Below, in pieces: positions 23,490-30,850 of a stretch of 30,850 nt of DNA; position 1 is the first letter of the stretch, and each line of letters begins with the position of its first letter. The DNA is from Candidatus Hermodarchaeum yapensis (lineage in GTDB: Archaea; Asgardarchaeota; Hermodarchaeia; Hermodarchaeales; Hermodarchaeaceae). The notes under the pieces were generated by a model. It saw nothing but the letters and a program-made list of their open reading frames with translations. It searched no databases and was not told the DNA's origin. The translations under genes and the position numbers were made by a program. The stretch covers positions 1 to 30,850 of the forward strand of contig JAEOSK010000028.1 of the NCBI GenBank assembly GCA_016840405.1. Direction: 5' to 3'.

Positions 23490-26400
23490 CTAGTCTTCGC
23501 TCGCATTCTGTTTCAGAGAGAAGTACGTGGCTTGACGCTCCTCTTTCGATAAGTACTTCAGATGGTCAACAAGTGCTTGCTTCTCTTCCTCCGTAAGCCC
23601 TGGAATCTTATCCAGCTCACGCCGAATCTCAATCTCAACACCAGAGGGCACCTTTATTGGTTCCACTTCAGTCGGTAAGACCGTGGGCGCTGTGCGATCT
23701 TCAGTCAACAGCTTGTCTGGTTCAGGTGGTTCCTCCGGCTTCACCTCTTCCAAAGGCACCGCTGGCTCTTCAGCTGGCTCAACCTTTTCCGGAGCCTTAG
23801 GCTTTGGCTTCCGTTTAGGCTTCGGTTCAGGTTCAACCTTCGGTTCTGGTGTAGGTTCGGGTGGAGGTGTGGGTTCAACTGGTCGTTCCCGCTGCGTCAG
23901 AAAGTCCATCCGACGCATCCCCATCTGCCGCTTCAGATCATCGAGGAACCAGATTCGATCCTTTCGAGGAATCTTGCGCATCTCTTCTGCCAACACTGCC
24001 TTCTCTTCCGGACCGAGACCCGGAATCTTATCCAGCTCACCCATAATATCTTCCTCGGTCGCAGTAACCTCCTCGACCTCTTCTACAGCTGGAATCATCG
24101 CAGGCGTCGCCGCTACTCCAATCGTCGACATCGCATCATCGATCTTACCTTCGAGGATAATACCCTTTTGTTGGAATTTCTTGTAGTCTTTCTTGCTCAA
24201 AGTGAAGCCTTCGTCTTTTTCGATTGTCTTGGCGAGTTTTCGCATCCGACGCACTTCCCACGGAATCGAGAACACACGAGCCCATAAAATCCAACCAAGT
24301 AGTACAAAGATTAGTGTAATGGCTGCACCAATACCTCCATAGACACCGAGAAGAAGAGCCTGGGAAGGGGCAAATTGAATCACCCATCCTTCTAATGAAG
24401 AAGAATCATGTCTTAGTGGAACAGTTTTTTCAGCAGTCACAGTAAGCCCTATTCCAACGGTTGAAAATGAAAAAGCATCCCAGATTCCCTGAATTTCATA
24501 AACGCCATTACCTAAGTGAACTAATTCGAAGCCCTCCTGAACCAATTGTGAGGGGATGGTAATATTCGCACCATCAATAGGATCGTTGTGCCAAGTGTCG
24601 TTAAAGTAAAGGCGAATTGAAACTGCTTGACCAATAAAGAATGTTGCTTCAGTAAGGGGTTCTACTTCTACTCCGTTAATATGTGTAACAATAAGTTCGG
24701 TAGGTATGCTAATAACTTCGAATGTCGTTTCATATACTTTTGGATTGAAGTTGTCTTTACTGATTGTGACAAAAAGGCGATAATTACCTCTACCGAAGTA
24801 ACTTGCATCTAACATCACTATGTACAGTCCAGTTGAATTATTGTATTCAAATGCTTCATAGGGGACGCCAGAGTCACCAACGCGGACTAAACCACCAGCG
24901 TCCTCAATCGGCTGACCGTCAATATCGGTGTAATTGAGGTAAATGTAAAGCCAGTCACCAAGGGGAACTTGAAGTATTTCTAGGGATTTGCTTTCTTCAT
25001 CGCGAACTGATGCAATAGCCATTTCGTCGATCGGACTAGTTTCTCGAGCCTGAATTTGAATAGTTAAAGTAACACGAGGACAAGAGAATAGAGTAGCGCC
25101 CACACCAACAAGGTCTAGGTGAAGATCATAGGAAAATCCTGCCGCCTGTTCCGCTGGGAAATCGTAATAATACCATCCCAAGGTTCCATTAGGGAGCATA
25201 GTCGCCTCTCCACCCAGTAGATTAGGCCAAGACGCCCGAATATCCAATCCACCAATAGGATTGTTATCCGTTGTATCATTCAAGTAAACCAAAATGGTAA
25301 AGGTATCGAAATATTCAACTCCGATGAAGTAGATGCTATCCTCTGGAACGATTTCTGCAGGTCTCAGGCGGACATCAATTTGGAAGGATAAGGTCTGAGA
25401 TTGTGTGTTGGGGAAGGTTGCTTTCACACTTACTGTATAGATAATGGTAAGGTGTGCAGGTGCTGTTGATGAGAAGTTGGCATAATAGATTCCTGGATAA
25501 ATGATACTTTCTGTTAGTACTCCGTCTGCAATTCCGGAGTGTGAGTGGCTGAATGTTACTGTTGCACCAGTGATTGGTGTGCCTGCTCCAGTTGAATAGT
25601 TGACAACTATATCATATGTGTCTGGGGGGTTGAGGATGAATGAGGTGGGACCCTGATAAGAACTTAGGCTGCTAGGTCCTGCGGTGATTGTGTATACGAC
25701 ATATATTGTATCATTTGAGAAGTACCCAGTCTTAAATGCAGTAATTTCAATAGGGTATCGGTCCTTATCATACAAAGAGCTGATTTCCCACCAATATGTG
25801 CCATTATTCTCATTAATGAAGCTCAGTGTAGGGTGATCCCAGTATCCTTCAACATCTGCATCCGTTACGAAAGTTCCTGCAAGTGAACCTGCACCAACAC
25901 GAACTGAAACACGAATTATTTGGTAGGGTTCTTCTCCATAGTATCTTTCAAAAACACCGGGAGATTCAAGTGTAATTTCAAGTGGAACTTCGTAGATGTA
26001 AATCGGCACTGAAATGTTCTTCCAGTAGTAATAGCTTTGGTTGGCAAATATCCATAAAATGACTTCTTGCCCTGCTGGTATCCCTGCCGTAGTTAGTTCA
26101 ATTTGCCACCAGTTTTGGTATGGTCCAGATGGAATCTGAGTAACTGTAGGCGACGGACCACCGGTTACTTGGATATCCACTGTTGATGGAATATTTGGTA
26201 CATGTTGATCATTATCTGTATCGTAATACTTCACTAGGATGGTCATGTTATCTCCATAGTAGAGGTTACCAGGAGGTTCATAGTCAAGTAAAGTGGTGAT
26301 GAATCGGACGGCCTTTGATACTGGTTCATTATATTGTGATTCGAAGAAGGGAATTTCACCCTCGGGGTAGGTCACATTGATAGTGAATAAATAGCTTCCA

Positions 26401-29400
26401 ATTCCTTCTAATTGTGTTGTATCAATTGTGATGTCATAGAAACCATTACCTAACTCGGTATACCACCAATCAACTCCATATGTTCCAAAGCTAGGTATTG
26501 CAGGACAGAGTAGTGTTATATCAAGTAGGGGCCAATCGGTTTCATTGATACTGGCTCCTTGTTCAGTTTGAAACCTGAAGATTAAGCTGATGACATCGCC
26601 ATAGGGAAACGAAGCATCAGTTGGTTGGAGGATGAATGATGTGCGTTGTCCAACGACATAGGCTCGGAATTCAAATTCTTGTGTCTCGTAATAGGGAATA
26701 GTGCCTGCTTGCCAGGTGACCTCGAGTTTGAAATCGAAGAAGGTGTTTACTCGTCCAAAGTAGTCTGCGTCAATCCTGAGTTGGAATGCGTCGGTTCCAC
26801 CTAATGGGACAATATACCATGCGGAAGTAGGAATGAGGACGGGAGTTTCGGTTGTGTTATAAAGATTGCATAAGACATTGTTACCACCAAAGGATGCGTT
26901 CGTGATCCAAGTTGTCCGAAGTTGATCTGAGAAGGTGAAATCAACTAAGATCTCATCAACATAACCGGTTTCTCCAGGCACTGTGTTACGGATTTCGGTT
27001 GGACGTTCGGTCACAATTAGTGTTACGGATTTCGTCTGAACTGCATACTGTGGTGGTGATACAGTCCAAGTAATTGTTACGGTTTCGATATGTGCGCCAG
27101 GTGCGCCAACAAAGGTTGAATTCAGGATAATATCATAAATGCCAGTAAGTCCTCCAATGGGATTGACGCTATATTGTCCGCTGTATCCAACTAAGGTAAT
27201 ATTTTCGGCATAGCCATCAATGCCTTGACCGTTAAGAGTGCTGTCAGGATCATTGACGGTGTAAGTGACTCGTATGGTGAAGTTTTCAGCATAGGCTTGA
27301 GCATCAACAGGTACAATAGTCATTGCTGTGAATACGGTTCGGACGCTGAAGGGGAGTTGAGTAATGGTATAGGGTTCATATTGGCTTCCTGCCCCTGAAA
27401 CACTAACCATAATTTTGTATTGACCTATTGCCGTGATAGCAGATGCATCAATTGTGATACGGTATTCTGATCGGGCTCCTACCCAGATAGCAGTGTAGGG
27501 AGTTGGATCGAAGCCATCAAGCCCGGTTACCGTGATAGTTCCAGTTGAGATATCCTGTCCAGTAAGGGAGCTTTCTGGATCAAGAACTTCATAGGCTATG
27601 TAAATAATTACATCATCACCAAATGGTGTGAGGGGAACTTCAGTGGGATATAGCCAAGTATTCAATGCTCTTACACGCAATGGGACATCATCCAATTGAC
27701 CGGTGGTGTAATCGGGTGGTAGGGTAATCGTGATGTCAAATTGATAAGTTTGTATTAGTGTGAGATAGGTGTCATAGAATGTAATATTGTATTTGCCATT
27801 TATCCAATAAGCATAATCGAAATGAGTATACCTTGTTAATCCAGCAATTGTAATAGTGGCGCCAGAAATCGGATTCGTGATTGGGGCACCAGTAATGGGG
27901 TTTGTGTCACTAACATTATAAGTGACGATGAGTTTGCCATCCTCACCCCATGGCACGACGGGTGGACTTTGGTAAGTGAAACTGGTTGCTAATCGTCGAA
28001 TAATAAGCTGAGCATAAGCAACCCCATCACCATATTCGACAGAGGTGTAAACGTCGAGTTGGAGATTATATACCGCTCGTGGCCAACTCGAGATGTCGAG
28101 TGTAATTACATAGATGCCATCACCAGCGGTTCCATTGCTTACCCAGGTTGCCCAATTAGAACTGTCAAGAGTGATGGTGGCAAATCCTCCGGTTATTTCG
28201 ATGGAGATAATGTGGTTTTCTGGTAGACCAGCTGGTGGAACAAGGTCGCTATCATTTACAAATAGAGTAATCCTAGTATCGTAGCCGACGGGTACTTGGG
28301 GGATTGATTGAACATCTGCGCTGATTGAGTGGACGCGGATGACAATATTTACGGTTCCGTATCCATCCTGGAATCGGGGGTCATTCGAATAGACGGTGAC
28401 GCTAAGACGGTGGGTTCCTCGGCCCCAACCGGTGGCATCAATAGTGAAATCGAGGTCATTCAATTCTGTCCATGGGAGTGTGGGTGCTGATGGACCTGAA
28501 ATTTGGGTTACACGGATTTGGGAAAGGTAAGTTGTACTGATGGGGGATCCGGTGTCAAGGTCAGTCCAGCTAACGCTGATTGGTATGAATCCATCCTCGG
28601 GGACTGGTGGAGGTCCAGTGACTAATACGTAGACCCGATGACCACGTATCGTGATTTGACCATTCCCACTGGAATCAGCATAGATTCGTGGGCTTGTAAG
28701 TGCTTCAACTGTGATGGTGAGTGTATATGGAGATCCAGCAATGGTTAGGGCGGAGGTATCAATTGTGATGGTCCAGTCTGCTGGGCTAAGTTCCTGACCT
28801 GAAACGGCCCCAGACCAAGTTATTCGATAAACCTCGCTAATATCGATGGTACCTCCTGCTGTTAGGTCGTACCATTCAATTGTGAGGTTAGTGGTTTCTC
28901 CCCAGGGCGTCGCTTCGGGAGGTAGAACGGAGACCGCAGTTTGGTGAACGGTGACTGTTATTCGGAGGCTACCAGAGCTTCCAAAATATAGGCTAGTATC
29001 AGGGGTGGTTGTCACATACAAATCGTATGTGCCGGGAAGCCACGAACTCGTATCAAGAGTGAAGGATAGGGAGGTTCGAGTTGCAACGAGTGAATTATTA
29101 GACGTCCATCGAACTTGAAGGAAATTGAGTTCAGCATCTGAAAGACCTGTTCCGTTAAGATCTAACCATTGTATTGTAACGTTAGTTGTATCTTGATAGG
29201 CCGTTGGATCGGGTTGATTGACAATGGTTTGAGTTTGATGCCCAACGATTTGGAACCCAATGGATGCGAATCCATCCCCATATGGACTTGCGGCATCTGC
29301 TTGGACGTTCAAAATATAACTTTGAATTGTTGAGATTCTTCCACTTGATGCAAGGAGGGTAATGGTGTAGGTGCCATCAGTATGGTCGACAAGGGTATAG

Positions 29401-30848
29401 TCGGGACCTTGGGTTAAAGGCGTTGCACCTAGTTGTAGAGTGAAACTAGCTCCGCTTATTGGATCACCATCATGGGCTGTGCTTTTAGGATCATTCGCAG
29501 AGAAGTCCACGTCGATAACCACATCTTCACCCCAGGGAATGGAGCCTGGTGGTGTGTAGTCGAGGGTTGTGGAGATTTCACGAACGATGATTGTGAGGAC
29601 GGCTGTACGTGTTATGTAGTAATTTCGTGCCGCTTGGATTGTTAAGGAATATGTCCCAACACTAAGGTGCTCTGAAAGGGTGATATCATACCAGCCTGCT
29701 GTGCCATTTGAAGCTCCGGAGGGATTCGTGGAACCCCAGTCAGTCGTCACGGTGGCTCCGGAAATTCCTACGCCAAATTCGTCTTCATAAAAGACTTGCA
29801 CACTGAAGTCTTCATCCCATGGAACGGTTAATCCCGGGGATTCAGGTGAAGTCAGGGTGGCATCACTTCGAACCAATAAGGTAATCGAATCGGTGGCAGA
29901 ATCGTGATAAGTGTCATCTGCCTGCACAGAGAAGAGATAATTGCCAGGGCTCATCAGGGAGTTGGAAATCTCGGCTTGATAGAGGTTCCCGAATTCTTGG
30001 AATACTATGAAATTACCATCAACGGTACCATTGATTCTAACCGTTTGTGTGGCATTGGAAACCCAGGGATTGGTCGTTTTATCAAGGTCGTCATAGGTGA
30101 GGCGGACGAAGAATGTTCCTGTGCCGTAGTTCACGGTCATGGAGGCTGTGCCTGATTCGATGGTTAGGTCAGTGTCGTGGATAATATCGAACTTGGTGGA
30201 GTAAAAGCCAGCGGCGGTAGTGACATCATCATCATAGGAGAGGCAGAGGGTGTATTCACCGGCGATATATTTGTCGCCGTCGTCAAAGTCCACGGTGAAG
30301 GGTACCGAAGCGGCAGCGGCCTTTGATGATTCATTGGCAATTGCGCCACTGGGATTGTAGAGCGTCAGGTTCACAGTACCGGTTGTTTTAGAGAGGGAAA
30401 CTGAAATTGAGAGTTGATTCGGACTACGGGGGCTAATATAGTAGGCGTCTTGTACACCTGATACGGAGCCAATACGGTTGGTGGAGGAGAACGTGAAATT
30501 CCACCATCCAAAACTGGTGACCACGGAGGGTGGGAGACGCCAATGTGTACTATTACTGGCTGCATTCACAGCAGCGGTTTGCGGATTTAGATTGGGGTCA
30601 ATCGCACTATAGAGTGTCCATGCTTCTGTAACAGGTTTCTTAATGGTGAAGTTATAATTTTCAAAGTATCTTGGATAGATCGGGGTATTGAACCAAGCTG
30701 TCCAGTATACGTTTCCTGCATTTTTGACAAAGAATGCTGTTCCTTCAGGTCCGGTTTGGGCTTCTGTAGTTCTACTACGTTTTATGTAAAGGGTTAACGA
30801 GTAATTGAAGGTAACATCTCGGCTAATTGCGCTCGCAGTAGTCCAGAT
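23490..30848 (-). CDS. Giant cell-surface protein (5' partial, >2450 aa): tandem Ig-like repeats, single TM helix, ~260-aa cytoplasmic tail
   Basis: I translated 30570-30850 by hand and the frame stays open to the window edge, so GTG 30569 is probably not the true start. Thr/Val/Tyr-rich repeats with consensus like P..(V)P(W/Y)G(E/D)...I.V.Y.D, many NxT/S sequons, TM at ~24271-24357 followed by a basic segment. Confidence 0.9.
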   Translation of the reverse strand: MWTTASAISRDVTFNYSLTLYIKRSRTTEAQTGPEGTAFFVKNAGNVYWTAWFNTPIYPRYFENYNFTIKKPVTEAWTLYSAIDPNLNPQTAAVNAASNSTHWRLPPSVVTSFGWWNFTFSSTNRIGSVSGVQDAYYISPRSPNQLSISVSLSKTTGTVNLTLYNPSGAIANESSKAAAASVPFTVDFDDGDKYIAGEYTLCLSYDDDVTTAAGFYSTKFDIIHDTDLTIESGTASMTVNYGTGTFFVRLTYDDLDKTTNPWVSNATQTVRINGTVDGNFIVFQEFGNLYQAEISNSLMSPGNYLFSVQADDTYHDSATDSITLLVRSDATLTSPESPGLTVPWDEDFSVQVFYEDEFGVGISGATVTTDWGSTNPSGASNGTAGWYDITLSEHLSVGTYSLTIQAARNYYITRTAVLTIIVREISTTLDYTPPGSIPWGEDVVIDVDFSANDPKSTAHDGDPISGASFTLQLGATPLTQGPDYTLVDHTDGTYTITLLASSGRISTIQSYILNVQADAASPYGDGFASIGFQIVGHQTQTIVNQPDPTAYQDTTNVTIQWLDLNGTGLSDAELNFLQVRWTSNNSLVATRTSLSFTLDTSSWLPGTYDLYVTTTPDTSLYFGSSGSLRITVTVHQTAVSVLPPEATPWGETTNLTIEWYDLTAGGTIDISEVYRITWSGAVSGQELSPADWTITIDTSALTIAGSPYTLTITVEALTSPRIYADSSGNGQITIRGHRVYVLVTGPPPVPEDGFIPISVSWTDLDTGSPISTTYLSQIRVTQISGPSAPTLPWTELNDLDFTIDATGWGRGTHRLSVTVYSNDPRFQDGYGTVNIVIRVHSISADVQSIPQVPVGYDTRITLFVNDSDLVPPAGLPENHIISIEITGGFATITLDSSNWATWVSNGTAGDGIYVITLDISSWPRAVYNLQLDVYTSVEYGDGVAYAQLIIRRLATSFTYQSPPVVPWGEDGKLIVTYNVSDTNPITGAPITNPISGATITIAGLTRYTHFDYAYWINGKYNITFYDTYLTLIQTYQFDITITLPPDYTTGQLDDVPLRVRALNTWLYPTEVPLTPFGDDVIIYIAYEVLDPESSLTGQDISTGTITVTGLDGFDPTPYTAIWVGARSEYRITIDASAITAIGQYKIMVSVSGAGSQYEPYTITQLPFSVRTVFTAMTIVPVDAQAYAENFTIRVTYTVNDPDSTLNGQGIDGYAENITLVGYSGQYSVNPIGGLTGIYDIILNSTFVGAPGAHIETVTITWTVSPPQYAVQTKSVTLIVTERPTEIRNTVPGETGYVDEILVDFTFSDQLRTTWITNASFGGNNVLCNLYNTTETPVLIPTSAWYIVPLGGTDAFQLRIDADYFGRVNTFFDFKLEVTWQAGTIPYYETQEFEFRAYVVGQRTSFILQPTDASFPYGDVISLIFRFQTEQGASINETDWPLLDITLLCPAIPSFGTYGVDWWYTELGNGFYDITIDTTQLEGIGSYLFTINVTYPEGEIPFFESQYNEPVSKAVRFITTLLDYEPPGNLYYGDNMTILVKYYDTDNDQHVPNIPSTVDIQVTGGPSPTVTQIPSGPYQNWWQIELTTAGIPAGQEVILWIFANQSYYYWKNISVPIYIYEVPLEITLESPGVFERYYGEEPYQIIRVSVRVGAGSLAGTFVTDADVEGYWDHPTLSFINENNGTYWWEISSLYDKDRYPIEITAFKTGYFSNDTIYVVYTITAGPSSLSSYQGPTSFILNPPDTYDIVVNYSTGAGTPITGATVTFSHSHSGIADGVLTESIIYPGIYYANFSSTAPAHLTIIYTVSVKATFPNTQSQTLSFQIDVRLRPAEIVPEDSIYFIGVEYFDTFTILVYLNDTTDNNPIGGLDIRASWPNLLGGEATMLPNGTLGWYYYDFPAEQAAGFSYDLHLDLVGVGATLFSCPRVTLTIQIQARETSPIDEMAIASVRDEESKSLEILQVPLGDWLYIYLNYTDIDGQPIEDAGGLVRVGDSGVPYEAFEYNNSTGLYIVMLDASYFGRGNYRLFVTISKDNFNPKVYETTFEVISIPTELIVTHINGVEVEPLTEATFFIGQAVSIRLYFNDTWHNDPIDGANITIPSQLVQEGFELVHLGNGVYEIQGIWDAFSFSTVGIGLTVTAEKTVPLRHDSSSLEGWVIQFAPSQALLLGVYGGIGAAITLIFVLLGWILWARVFSIPWEVRRMRKLAKTIEKDEGFTLSKKDYKKFQQKGIILEGKIDDAMSTIGVAATPAMIPAVEEVEEVTATEEDIMGELDKIPGLGPEEKAVLAEEMRKIPRKDRIWFLDDLKRQMGMRRMDFLTQRERPVEPTPPPEPTPEPKVEPEPKPKRKPKPKAPEKVEPAEEPAVPLEEVKPEEPPEPDKLLTEDRTAPTVLPTEVEPIKVPSGVEIEIRRELDKIPGLTEEEKQALVDHLKYLSKEERQATYFSLKQNASED
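23581..24040 (-). repeat. Intragenic duplication 420 bp apart encoding two ELDKIPGL..EEK modules
   Basis: GGAATCTTATCCAGCTCAC identical at 23602-23620 and 24022-24040; TTCTCTTCC at 23581 and 24001. Confidence 0.85.
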
Positions 30849-30850
30849 AG

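Noticed and set aside
30567-30569. GTG 30569 as start of the giant protein
   Set aside because: Frame remains open upstream to the window edge and no signal peptide follows this codon.
1-30850. CRISPR arrays, tRNA/rRNA genes, IS elements, integrases
   Set aside because: No regularly spaced repeats, cloverleaf or rRNA signatures, transposase motifs or terminal inverted repeats were seen by eye.

Overview
Chromosomal window from an archaeon, most likely an Asgard archaeon. This is inferred from a strongly Rab-like GTPase, a PP1/PP2A-like phosphatase, the archaeal HMG-CoA synthase/thiolase/DUF35 operon, BRE-TATA-like promoters, tandem Lrp regulators and a giant Ig-like membrane-anchored protein; the exact lineage cannot be fixed from sequence alone. 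Left to right: (1) 1-5.7 kb, a signalling-rich block: partial ORF, small 4-Cys protein, ExeA-like AAA+/wHTH ATPase, Rab-like GTPase, a ~10-TM HAMP histidine-kinase-fold protein that has lost its catalytic motifs plus an atypical receiver, and a convergent PPP phosphatase. (2) Carbamate kinase and a PLP serine/threonine dehydratase-racemase family enzyme. (3) Two paralogous cassettes of a double-Lrp regulator facing an exported protein, with homologous intergenic DNA but unrelated target genes. (4) MSMEG_0568-type radical SAM, GNAT, a 440-bp structured non-coding gap and a small wHTH. (5) Penicillin-acylase-family gene and a membrane protein. (6) Mevalonate-entry operon whose DUF35 scaffold has a polybasic tail. 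(7) Flavodiiron protein and ADP-forming acyl-CoA synthetase alpha subunit. (8) A 5'-truncated giant (>2450 aa) surface protein with ~18 Ig-like repeats, one TM helix and a cytoplasmic tail holding a duplicated helical module. No tRNA, rRNA, CRISPR array or transposase was seen. All family calls come from motifs recognised by eye; no database was searched.
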